Positions 1 through 8,602 of a DNA stretch of 64,000 bases are shown here, in pieces (within the stretch, counting starts at the first letter, position 1; each line of letters starts with the position of its first letter). Position numbers and translations under genes: made by a program. The stretch comes from Candidatus Pacearchaeota archaeon (GTDB lineage Archaea; Nanobdellota; Nanobdellia; Pacearchaeales; GW2011-AR1). The notes below the pieces were generated by a model. That model was not told where the DNA came from and made no database searches. It worked only from the letters and a program-made list of their open reading frames with translations. The stretch covers positions 1,236 to 65,235 of the forward strand of contig JBNLCO010000008.1 in NCBI GenBank assembly GCA_050303855.1, in the 5' to 3' direction.

Positions 1-183
1 ACAAAACGTATGGATTTGCCTCAGATTTTATTAGACGAGTATGATTATTCAATTAAAGATAGAAACTTTGAGAAGAGCCCAGCCATAAAAGATGCTAAAA
101 ATTATTTAAATAATTTGATTTCTTTCTTTGAAAATAGCTATACTCCCGGTTATGTTCCGCAGCGTAAGTCTATCCAATTTTAG
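1..183 (+). CDS. 3' end of a hypothetical protein (partial, runs off window start)
   Basis: Open frame from base 1 to TAG at 181-183 (...DEYDYSIKDRNFEKSPAIKDAKNYLNNLISFFENSYTPGYVPQRKSIQF*); no recognisable motif. Confidence 0.3.
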   Translation, partial: TKRMDLPQILLDEYDYSIKDRNFEKSPAIKDAKNYLNNLISFFENSYTPGYVPQRKSIQF

Positions 184-187
184 GAAA

Positions 188-715
188 TTATTTTTCATAG
201 AAATAAACAATTCCTTCTGCAAACTCTTTTTCACCTAATTGTTTCTTAGCTTTCCAATTTGGCAATTTCCAATTATGAGAGATAACTTTTGTGTTTTTCT
301 TTAGTTCTTTGTTGAATTTCTTTTCAAGTCTTTTGGTTATTGTGCTGAATTGGAAGAAAACTATTTTGTTGTATTTTGCTAGGTTTACTTTCCAAAAGTT
401 TTTCCAATAGATTTTGATTTGTTTTTGTAGATTTAATTTACGGATTTTTCTTCTAGAAATCATTACAAGAAAAGGATTTATCTCGTAACCATGAATCTTT
501 GTCTTTTTGTTTTGTAAAGCTAATTCAATACAAACTCTTCCATCTCCAGAACCTAACTCTGCAATCAGATCGTTTGCTTGAGGTTTTGTTAATTTTATTA
601 TGTTCTTCAGAGCTTTTTCTCGGGTAACATCATATGGGGCTCCAAAAAACCAAGGAAAGATGAAGAATATGAATAGAATTAAAATTAATAGTAAAACAAG
701 AATAAAGATCACCAT
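188..715 (-). CDS. small membrane-anchored class I SAM-dependent methyltransferase-like protein
   Basis: N-terminal hydrophobic helix followed by motif I 'ELGSGDGRVCIELA' (E/DxGxGxG); 175 aa. Confidence 0.45.
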   Translation of the reverse strand: MVIFILVLLLILILFIFFIFPWFFGAPYDVTREKALKNIIKLTKPQANDLIAELGSGDGRVCIELALQNKKTKIHGYEINPFLVMISRRKIRKLNLQKQIKIYWKNFWKVNLAKYNKIVFFQFSTITKRLEKKFNKELKKNTKVISHNWKLPNWKAKKQLGEKEFAEGIVYFYEK

Positions 716-1028
716 AGATAAACCATAGAAAGATTACTTATATTTGTTTCCAAACATTTCACTATAGATTCTCTCTTTCATCATTATTTTGTTAGGACTA
801 TTATAACTTCCACCGTATTCTATACATAAACTTGTATCTCCCATGACTTCAGTTAATCTTAATTGAAATTCAACGTATTCTATGTCGCTTAAAATTTCAA
901 CTTTTGCATCTATTCTGTTTTATTTTATATCTCCCGCCCCATTCTGGGGCACCTGAGATTTTATAAAGATTTATAGGATTTACAAAAAGCATATAAATAT
1001 TTATAAAGTACACTTTGTCCTAGGGATA

Positions 1029-1601
1029 ATGGGCAAAGACCGTAAGTTGAATAGAGAAATATTTTTCGCGTATACTGGAGATTTGCTTACTCCTGATGAA
1101 AAAGCTAATTTAAAATTCTCAAATCCTTCTTGGGTAAATTACCCTATCAAGGGTTTTGAAATTAATCCAAGAATGAACATTGATTCTTTTGTAGGGATCA
1201 AATATTTCAAGAAAATAAAAGAAGATTTTGGTAAGGAATATGGCGTTGTGGAATTAAGGAATGGTTTTTATGTCTCCTCTCCAGAGAAATTCGTTTTAAC
1301 TTTGGAAGAATTTTGTTTTGAGGACTCAGAACGTTTAGATACTGGATTGACAAAAAGAAGGGGAAAAGTTTTTGGATCAGACCACCCAATAATTAAATCG
1401 GTTCCAAACAATATTTCTTTGTATGGGAAAGTTACCTCTGATGAAGAATCTAATTTTAAAAACCCCGGAAATATTATAAAAATCTTAAACGCAAATGGAT
1501 TTAAGACTCGATATAATATTGAAGAAATCAAGAACAAAGATCAGAAAATATTAGTTGAAATAGAGGAAGACTCAGGTTATGCTGGAACGCCTTTTGGTTA
1601 A
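1029..1601 (+). CDS. hypothetical protein
   Basis: 190-aa ORF with ATG start, coding-like composition, no recognisable motif. Confidence 0.4.
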   Translation: MGKDRKLNREIFFAYTGDLLTPDEKANLKFSNPSWVNYPIKGFEINPRMNIDSFVGIKYFKKIKEDFGKEYGVVELRNGFYVSSPEKFVLTLEEFCFEDSERLDTGLTKRRGKVFGSDHPIIKSVPNNISLYGKVTSDEESNFKNPGNIIKILNANGFKTRYNIEEIKNKDQKILVEIEEDSGYAGTPFG

Positions 1602-1651
1602 AAAACCTCGAATCTACAAAAACTTAAAAACTTCTTGCTCTAAATGATTCT

Positions 1652-4462
1652 ATGTACGATTTTAAGAAAATTGAAGAAAAGGCAAAGAAAGTATGGAAAT
1701 CTAAGAAGAAAGAGATAGAAAAAGCCGTACATGAAATTAAGGGAAGACCGTTGTTTAGTTTCTTGGAAGGACCTCCAACTGCAAATGCCCCTCCAGGACT
1801 ACATCATCTTGAAGTTAGAACTTTCAAGGATATAATTTGCAAATTCAAGTTTATGAATGGATTTTCTGTTCCAAGAAAGGGAGGATGGGATTGTCACGGG
1901 TTGCCCGTAGAAGTTCAAGTTGAGAAAAAATTAAAATTAGGTCATAAAAAAGAAGTTGAGGAATATGGGATTGATAAATTTGTGAAACAGTGTAGATCTG
2001 ATGTCTTCTCAAATATTGATGATTGGAATTTATCTACAGAAGAATTAGGTTATTGGATAGATTTGAAAGATCCTTACGTAACTTTAGAGGACAATTATAT
2101 TGAAAGTGTTTGGTGGAGTTTGAAAGAACTATACAATAAAGGTTTCTTATATGAAGGGCATAAAGTGGTTCCGTTCTGCCCTAGGTGTGGGACACCTTTA
2201 TCAAGTCACGAAGTTGCTCAAGGATATAAAGACGTTAAAGAAGAATCTGTTTATGTTGCATTTAAGATAAAGGGGAAGAAAAACGAATATATTTTGGCAT
2301 GGACTACGACTCCTTGGACACTCCCAGGAAATGTTGGTTTGGCGGTTAACCCAAAAGTAGATTATGTTAAAGTTGAGTTGGAAGATGGAGACAAATTAAT
2401 AGTTGGTAAAGAGAAATTAGATTTAATTAAAGGAAAATACAAGGTTGTTGAAAAATACAAGGGGAAAGACATAGTTGGATTGGAATACGAACCACTTTAT
2501 GATATTCCTCAGGCACAAAATGAGAATTCTCATAAAGTAATACCTGCAGATTTTGTTACAACTGAAGATGGAACAGGCGTTGTTCATACTGCAGTTATGT
2601 ATGGTGAAGAAGACTATAATTTGGGAAGAGAGTGTGGTTTACCAGAAGTTCATACTGTTGGACAGGATGGAAAATTCTTAGATATTGTTCCTGAATTTAT
2701 AAGGGGTAAATTTGTTAAATCGGCTGAGAAGGATATCAAAGAGGATTTGAAGAAGAGACATTTATTATTTAAAGTTGAGAAAATAGAACATAGTTATCCA
2801 TTCTGTTGGAGATGCGATAGTCCTTTGTTATACTATGGGATTAATTCTTGGTTTATTAGAGTGAGTTCAGTTAGAGAAAGATTATCTGAAATGAATGAGA
2901 AAATAAATTGGTATCCCTCTCATATAAAAGAAGGAAGATTTGGTAAGTGGTTAGAAGGTGCTAAAGACTGGAGTTTATCAAGATTCAAATTTTGGGGAAC
3001 ACCTTTGCCGATATGGAAGAATGTTGAAGATCCTGCAGATATGATTGTTATAGGAAGTCGTAAAGAATTAGAAAAATTATCTGGGAAGAAATTGAAAGAT
3101 TTCCATAAACCAGAAGTGGATAAGATAAAGATAGTAAAAGATGGAAAAACATACGAAAGAGTTTCGGATGTGATTGATTGTTGGTATGATTCAGGAAGTG
3201 CATCATTTGCACAATTCCATTATCCTTTTGAAAATAAAGCAGAATTTGAAAAAAGGTTCCCTTATGACTTTATTTCTGAGGCAATAGATCAGACAAGAGG
3301 TTGGTTTTATACATTACATGTTCTTGCAGTATTGTTATTTGATAAACCCGCTTACAAAAATGTAATTTGTGCTGGACATGTTGTTGATGATAAAGGTGAG
3401 AAAATGTCTAAGTCAAAAGGAAATATAATAAAACCAAGAGATATAATTGATAAATCGGGTGTTGATGCTGTAAGGTTACAATTCTGTACTTCTGATGCTG
3501 GAAGTCAGAAAAGATTTTCTTATGAATTAATGAGAGAACAAGTTTTAGGATTCTTGAATACTTTGTATAATTGTGAAACCTATTATCATCAGTTGGATAA
3601 AATTAAATGTAAAAAACAAATTGAAGACAAATGGGTATTGAGTAGATTGAATTCTACAATAAAAGAAGTTACAGAGGATTTGAATACTTTTGAATTGAAT
3701 AAACCTTTTGAAAAGATAATGAATTTTGTTGTCAATGACTTCTCAAGAGGATATATCAAAATGACAAGGGATAGAGAAGATACAAAAGAAATTTTAGGAG
3801 AAGTTTTGGAAAAATTATCTTTAATGTTAGCTCCCTTTGCTCCTTACATCTCTGAATACATTTATTCTAACTTTTCCAAGGAGTCTGTACATTTATCCTC
3901 ATGGCCTAAAGTTGATAGTAAGAAAATAAATCTGGCAGTAGAAAAAGATTTTGAAATTATGTTTAAAATACTTGAAGTTGGATTAAAGGAAAGGGATAAG
4001 GCGCAAATAAGTTTAAAGTGGCCTTTAGGAAAAGCTTTAGTTATTGGAGGGGAATATAATCTTAGTGAAGAAAATATTGAGATCATAAAATCTCAGTTAA
4101 ATGTTAAAGAGGTTGAATTTAGAGAAAGTCATGCTAATAAGAACTCTCCTTCGGTAGAATTAGATACAAAAATGACTCCTGAATTGGAAGCCGAGGGATA
4201 CGCTAGAGAGATGTCTAGGATGATTCAAGCATTCAGAAAAAAGCTAGGATTAAACAAGAAAGATGTTGTTGAAACAAGGATACATACCGACGGTGATTTT
4301 GGAAAAATATTGGAAGGAAATATCGATTTTATTAAGGAGAGAACCAACTCTAAAAAACTGGATATTGTTACAACCGGTCAGAAAGAAAACTTTAAAAACA
4401 GTACAGACTTTAGTGTTAAAGATAAAAAGGGCGTGATTGAGATAATAACCACCAAGCGGTAA
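1652..4462 (+). CDS. ileS: isoleucyl-tRNA synthetase (class I aaRS)
   Basis: HIGH-region 'PPTANAPPGLHHL', IleRS-specific 'GGWDCHGLPVEVQVEK', 'DWSLSRFKFWGTPLPIW', KMSKS motif 'KMSKSKGN'; 936 aa. Confidence 0.8.
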   Translation: MYDFKKIEEKAKKVWKSKKKEIEKAVHEIKGRPLFSFLEGPPTANAPPGLHHLEVRTFKDIICKFKFMNGFSVPRKGGWDCHGLPVEVQVEKKLKLGHKKEVEEYGIDKFVKQCRSDVFSNIDDWNLSTEELGYWIDLKDPYVTLEDNYIESVWWSLKELYNKGFLYEGHKVVPFCPRCGTPLSSHEVAQGYKDVKEESVYVAFKIKGKKNEYILAWTTTPWTLPGNVGLAVNPKVDYVKVELEDGDKLIVGKEKLDLIKGKYKVVEKYKGKDIVGLEYEPLYDIPQAQNENSHKVIPADFVTTEDGTGVVHTAVMYGEEDYNLGRECGLPEVHTVGQDGKFLDIVPEFIRGKFVKSAEKDIKEDLKKRHLLFKVEKIEHSYPFCWRCDSPLLYYGINSWFIRVSSVRERLSEMNEKINWYPSHIKEGRFGKWLEGAKDWSLSRFKFWGTPLPIWKNVEDPADMIVIGSRKELEKLSGKKLKDFHKPEVDKIKIVKDGKTYERVSDVIDCWYDSGSASFAQFHYPFENKAEFEKRFPYDFISEAIDQTRGWFYTLHVLAVLLFDKPAYKNVICAGHVVDDKGEKMSKSKGNIIKPRDIIDKSGVDAVRLQFCTSDAGSQKRFSYELMREQVLGFLNTLYNCETYYHQLDKIKCKKQIEDKWVLSRLNSTIKEVTEDLNTFELNKPFEKIMNFVVNDFSRGYIKMTRDREDTKEILGEVLEKLSLMLAPFAPYISEYIYSNFSKESVHLSSWPKVDSKKINLAVEKDFEIMFKILEVGLKERDKAQISLKWPLGKALVIGGEYNLSEENIEIIKSQLNVKEVEFRESHANKNSPSVELDTKMTPELEAEGYAREMSRMIQAFRKKLGLNKKDVVETRIHTDGDFGKILEGNIDFIKERTNSKKLDIVTTGQKENFKNSTDFSVKDKKGVIEIITTKR

Positions 4463-4523
4463 TGTAATCTCTTCACCATTTTATCATAACAAACTTTAAA
4501 AAGGAGACCAACGATAAGATAAA

Positions 4524-5330
4524 ATGATAGTAAAGGATGAATTCTTGAGTAGATTAAGGAAAATCTTTGATTTGAATCTATACGAAGTTAAGGTTTGGAC
4601 TGCTTTGTTATCGAGGGGAACTTCAACTGCTGGGGAGTTAAGTAACATTTCTGATGTTCCGAGATCAAGAACATATGATATTTTAGAGAGTTTAGAGAAG
4701 AAAGGATTTATTTTGATGAAGTTGGGGAAACCAATTAAGTTTGTTGCATTAAAACCCGAAGAAGTTGTTGAGAGAGTTAAGAAAAATTTGGTTGTCGAAG
4801 CTAAAGAAAAGTCTGAGAGATTAGAAAGGTTAAAAGGAGATGAAGTTTTAGAAGAGTTAAGCGGATTGTTCACTAAAGGAATTAAGTTTGTTGAACCAAC
4901 AGATTTGTCTGGAAGCTTAAGAGGAAGACAAAACTTATACAACCATATTGATATGATGGTTAGAGAAGCAGAAAAGACTATTACACTTGTGACAACAGCT
5001 GAAGGATTGAATAGAAAGCTTGAAGCTCTTATGCCTTCTCTTGACAAATGCAAGAAGAGGGGAGTTAAAGTTAGAATAGCTGCTCCAATTGATAGCAATA
5101 ACATGAAAGTTGCTAAGGAATTGAAGAAGGTGGCAGATGTTAGAAACATGCAAGACCTTAAGGCTAGATTTATCATCATTGATGGAAATCAATTAATGTT
5201 TATGCTTCTTGATGATGAGAAGTTCCATCCTAACTATGATGTGGGTGTTTGGATTAATACTGAATTCTTTGCTCAAGCATTAGAACAAATGTTTGAATTG
5301 GCTTGGAAAGATATGAAGCCAGTTAAGTGA
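4524..5330 (+). CDS. TrmB-family transcriptional regulator
   Basis: N-terminal wHTH 'LNLYEVKVWTALLSRGTSTAGELSNISDVPRSRTYDILESLEKKGFI' typical of archaeal TrmB regulators; C-terminal effector-like domain. Confidence 0.6.
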   Translation: MIVKDEFLSRLRKIFDLNLYEVKVWTALLSRGTSTAGELSNISDVPRSRTYDILESLEKKGFILMKLGKPIKFVALKPEEVVERVKKNLVVEAKEKSERLERLKGDEVLEELSGLFTKGIKFVEPTDLSGSLRGRQNLYNHIDMMVREAEKTITLVTTAEGLNRKLEALMPSLDKCKKRGVKVRIAAPIDSNNMKVAKELKKVADVRNMQDLKARFIIIDGNQLMFMLLDDEKFHPNYDVGVWINTEFFAQALEQMFELAWKDMKPVK

Positions 5331-5369
5331 TTACAGTAATTTTTATAAATTGATTTAAGATATAATTTT

Positions 5370-6035
5370 ATGTCAAGTAAGATAGTTGCTAGATATGAAT
5401 CTGAACCATGGATGCTTGATGCAGAGGAAATTAATATTGAGGATTTCTATTGTAAGGAAGATCCTTTTGAGGTCTTAAAAATCTTGGGAAAACAGTATTA
5501 CGTTTATGCGTATAAAGACCTGAAGAATCTTTGGATGGACACAGTTTTAGAAAAAGGTATTGATTTTTCTGGACTTAAAATAGAAGAGTTTAATCCGAAT
5601 AACGGCTTGTCTGTTTCAGGAAGTATTGTGGATTATAATATTCCTGTTGAGGGCAGAAATAATTTTCTTGGTAAACCTCAAATGATTTTATCTAATTTTA
5701 TTGCAAGATATTTATTTGAGGCTAAAGACCCGATGACTCATTTGACTGTTATGGAAATGGATCGTTTTGATGAATTCTACCCTAAAGGATACCCTGAAAA
5801 GGTTAAAGTTACAAACTATTTTAATCAAAGGTATAATAAGAAAATTCCGGAGAAAGAAGAATACTTAAAACAAATTCTTGAATATTCTGAAGCAGTTTAT
5901 GGCAAAGAATTTGGTAATTTAAAAGCTCTTGAGAAGATAGCTAAAAAAGTTGATAAAAATATCTCAAGGGAATATACCCCTCTTTACACAGCAGATTATA
6001 ATTTACAACATCTTAGTTTACACCAAAATAGTTAA
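5370..6035 (+). CDS. hypothetical protein (paralog of 7097..7699)
   Basis: 221 aa; shares 'DFYCKEDPFEVLKILG' and Gly-rich central block with the ORF at 7097. Confidence 0.45.
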   Translation: MSSKIVARYESEPWMLDAEEINIEDFYCKEDPFEVLKILGKQYYVYAYKDLKNLWMDTVLEKGIDFSGLKIEEFNPNNGLSVSGSIVDYNIPVEGRNNFLGKPQMILSNFIARYLFEAKDPMTHLTVMEMDRFDEFYPKGYPEKVKVTNYFNQRYNKKIPEKEEYLKQILEYSEAVYGKEFGNLKALEKIAKKVDKNISREYTPLYTADYNLQHLSLHQNS

Positions 6036-6057
6036 AGGATATTTATCTTTGAAAATT

Positions 6058-6633
6058 ATGTCTGATGAAAATTTAATTGAGGTTTTTGATAAAGAAGATT
6101 TTAGAAAGTGGTTAGATAAGAACCATGATAAATATAAGGAAATAGGATTGGTTCTACATAAGAAACATACTGGGAAAGGATCTCCTTCCCATAAAGAATT
6201 AATGTTTGAGGCAATATGTTATGGTTGGATCGATACTACAATAAAAAGCCTTGATGAAAATAGATTCATAAGATATTTTTCTAGAAGAAGTAAAAATAGT
6301 TCATGGAGTTACAATACTTTGAGTTATGCAAAACAATTAATTAAAGAGGGTAGGATGAAACTTTCTGGAATGAAATTCTATAAGGAAGGATTGAAGAAGA
6401 AACCTCTTGACTTTGGAATACCCAAGAATCCGGATATGCCAGAAGAATTAGAAAAAGAATTGAATAAGAAACTTATTTCTAAGAGAAATTTTGAGAAGCT
6501 TTCACCTTCAGTAAAAAGAACATATTATAGGTGGATTATTAGGGCTAAACTTCCTGAAACTAGGAAGAAGAGAATCAAATTAATTATTGAGAATATGAAA
6601 ACAGGAAAGAACCTCTTCGGAAAAGATATCTAA
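6058..6633 (+). CDS. YdeI/DUF1801-like protein
   Basis: C-terminal 'YYRWIIRAKLPETRKKRIKLIIENM' resembles the YdeI/OmpD-associated family. Start taken at internal ATG 6058 because the track ORF (5950) overlaps the upstream gene by 85 nt. Confidence 0.5.
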   Translation: MSDENLIEVFDKEDFRKWLDKNHDKYKEIGLVLHKKHTGKGSPSHKELMFEAICYGWIDTTIKSLDENRFIRYFSRRSKNSSWSYNTLSYAKQLIKEGRMKLSGMKFYKEGLKKKPLDFGIPKNPDMPEELEKELNKKLISKRNFEKLSPSVKRTYYRWIIRAKLPETRKKRIKLIIENMKTGKNLFGKDI

Positions 6634-6706
6634 ATTTCCAAAACATATAAAAAGTAAAGTATGTTTTATTGTGTGTATTTAAAAGAGGATGAAAGGAGGT
6701 AAAGAA

Positions 6707-7030
6707 ATGGCTACAAAGAAAAAGAATATGAAGAAAGGCATGAAAAAAGATTCTATGATGTCAATGAAATCTGATTCAAAGATGTCTAAAATGGGTAGTG
6801 GAATGAAATCTATGGATAAGGGTATGTGCAGTTGCCACCATGGAAAATGCTGGAGTTGGCTTTGGGGAGACCTTGGAGCAATAGCGTTTATTTTATTCCT
6901 AATAACAGTATGGCCGGGACTAATGAGTCTTGTACATAGAATCCATTGGGGATGGTTTTTAGGTGCTACAGTAATTTTATGTGTTGTTAAATGGACAATG
7001 TATAAGAGACACATGTCTATGTGTATGTAA
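6707..7030 (+). CDS. small Met/Lys-rich membrane protein with CxCHHGKC motif
   Basis: GGAGGT RBS before ATG 6707; two predicted TM helices; cluster 'CSCHHGKCWSW' suggests metal binding. Opposite-strand ORF 6679..7014 judged spurious. Confidence 0.4.
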   Translation: MATKKKNMKKGMKKDSMMSMKSDSKMSKMGSGMKSMDKGMCSCHHGKCWSWLWGDLGAIAFILFLITVWPGLMSLVHRIHWGWFLGATVILCVVKWTMYKRHMSMCM

Positions 7031-7096
7031 ATTTTGTTTTTTTATTTTATAATTTTTAATATAAATTCTTATAAAGGAGTATTTGTTTTGGGGCAT

Positions 7097-7699
7097 ATGC
7101 CTGCGAAGATAAGTAAATTCCCGAGAGAGGAAGAGAAGGATTATTATTGTGTTGAAAGCCCTCTTAGGGTTCTCAAAACTCTTGGCCCCATTCATCATAT
7201 TGTTAAATACAATTCAGTTTCTCTGTATGAAGGGTCAATGGGAATCGAAAATCCCGGTCTTATTATTGAAGATGCAGGATATTATGAACTTGCTGGAAAG
7301 GGTTTGGCAGTAGTAGGCAGAATAGATGGTTATGAGCATAACTCGGAAGATAAAAATCCATTCATAGGAGATGAAAAGATAATATCAAAATTAATCAAAG
7401 ACTATCTAATTGATGTAGAAAAAATTTCACCGGGATCGGCAACATATACAGGAACCAATAAGATAATCCATAATTACGGCAAACAAAATATAATAAATTA
7501 TCTTGAACAAAGAACCCGAAAAGGGGGAGAGAATCCAATTAAAGAAAGAGCTCTTGAAGACATAATAAACTACGGAAACGTGATATTCCGAGAAGATTTT
7601 TGTATTAATGATGCCAATATGATTGCAAAGAAGATAATCCTGGAAATTCCGAAGGAATTTGAGCCCGAATTCGGTTATAATGCAAATTTAAGAACATAA
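7097..7699 (+). CDS. hypothetical protein (paralog of 5370..6035)
   Basis: 'KDYYCVESPLRVLKTLG' and 'GRIDGYEHNSEDKNPFIGDEKII' align with the 5370 ORF; start placed at Met22 of the track ORF. Confidence 0.45.
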   Translation: MPAKISKFPREEEKDYYCVESPLRVLKTLGPIHHIVKYNSVSLYEGSMGIENPGLIIEDAGYYELAGKGLAVVGRIDGYEHNSEDKNPFIGDEKIISKLIKDYLIDVEKISPGSATYTGTNKIIHNYGKQNIINYLEQRTRKGGENPIKERALEDIINYGNVIFREDFCINDANMIAKKIILEIPKEFEPEFGYNANLRT

Positions 7700-7906
7700 T
7701 CATTTTCTCATAAAACTACCCATTATTGAAATTAATAGGCCAAGAAGTGTTGTGATTATTACGATCCAACCTGCAATAACATTAATCATTCCAATCTTTG
7801 GAACGCTTAGAGTTCCGTTCTTTAATGCAAACCCTACAGCTAGAGAAACAATTATTCCTGTAACCCACACAAGGAAAGATAATATTTTTGTTAGAACGTT
7901 TTTCAT
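7700..7906 (-). CDS. small two-TM membrane protein
   Basis: 68 aa with two hydrophobic helices; weak. Confidence 0.3.
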   Translation of the reverse strand: MKNVLTKILSFLVWVTGIIVSLAVGFALKNGTLSVPKIGMINVIAGWIVIITTLLGLLISIMGSFMRK

Positions 7907-7921
7907 ATTGTTAGTTGTTGA

Positions 7922-8191
7922 TCAGAGTTTATAGATTTTATCATGATGATCAAAATCTTCAAAGATAACTAGATTGGCTGATTTGTCAAACCTAAAAATT
8001 AAAACAAAATGCCCAACATGAACTCTTTTATATTCTCTAAGATCATTTCTTAGATTTTTGTAAGATTCAACATCATAAGAATTAATGATTTCTTTGATCT
8101 TCTTCATTACCCTCTGATGAAGTGGGGGATCTTTTCTTGAAAGTTTGAACAGTGTTTTTTCAAGTTTCTCTTCTACTTGAAACCCATACAT
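7922..8191 (-). CDS. RelE/ParE-family toxin
   Basis: 89 aa; 'REYKRVHVGHFVLIFRFDKSANLVIFEDFDHHDKIY' matches the RelE/YoeB fold pattern; directly follows an RHH gene. Confidence 0.65.
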   Translation of the reverse strand: MYGFQVEEKLEKTLFKLSRKDPPLHQRVMKKIKEIINSYDVESYKNLRNDLREYKRVHVGHFVLIFRFDKSANLVIFEDFDHHDKIYKL

Positions 8192-8434
8192 TTATTTGAA
8201 CCTCTTCTCAAAACTTTCAAAGGAATCATATTCTTTATAGGTTCCATGGTTTCTTATGTTTCTTAATTTCTTAATATATTCTTCCCGAATTTCGGGATCC
8301 TCTTCAATTTGAGAATTGATAAATATATTAATTTGTTTACTCATGCTAATTCCATGAGCCTTACAAAATTCAGAAAATTTCCTATAAGTTTCTTCATCGA
8401 GATTAAATGTCTTTAATACCATGTTAAATAACAT
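8192..8434 (-). CDS. ribbon-helix-helix antitoxin (RelB/CopG-like)
   Basis: 80 aa; N-terminal 'VLKTFNLDEETYRKFSEFCKAHGISMSKQINIFI' is an RHH-like beta-strand plus helices; abuts the toxin gene with no gap. Confidence 0.5.
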   Translation of the reverse strand: MLFNMVLKTFNLDEETYRKFSEFCKAHGISMSKQINIFINSQIEEDPEIREEYIKKLRNIRNHGTYKEYDSFESFEKRFK

Positions 8435-8602
8435 TAAATAATATTATTTAAATTTTTCTATCCAAAAGAGGTTTGAATTTCTTGTTCTAAAATTATTGAA
8501 TCTTTAAGGGAGGTTAATTCTTCTTCCTCTTTTAATTCCAATTGCTCTTCAGTGGGGGATTCCCAGAGAACATCTTTATCACATAAAGATTCGTATGCCA
8601 TT

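Noticed and set aside
1207-1537. Minus-strand ORFs inside 1029..1601
   Set aside because: Nested antisense to a longer ORF with better coding features; typical AT-rich shadow ORFs. The same applies to 3862..4086, 4496..5192, 9825..10328, 10415..10666, 10915..11199, 13220..13659, 14375..14611, 15310..15495, 16563..16796, 22296..22682, 27329..27541, 35223..35594, 36114..36317, 38255..38464, 40323..40768, 41420..42244, 46694..46945, 47453..47713, 49883..50083, 52371..52595, 54984..55202, 55359..55550, 58800..58982, 60483..60698, 61139..61351, 61831..62334 and 63009..63860.
6679-7198. Minus-strand ORFs 6679..7014 and 6977..7198
   Set aside because: Antisense to the RBS-preceded plus-strand Met/Lys-rich membrane ORF and to the paralog gene start; no start context.
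8452-8469. AT-only palindrome TTAAATAATATTATTTAA upstream of the RelBE pair
   Set aside because: Composed purely of A/T in a ~30% GC genome, so expected by chance; not reported as an operator.
8458-8601. 47-aa acidic minus-strand ORF between the RelBE pair and argS
   Set aside because: Short, low-complexity (E-rich), no motif; could be translated, but insufficient evidence.
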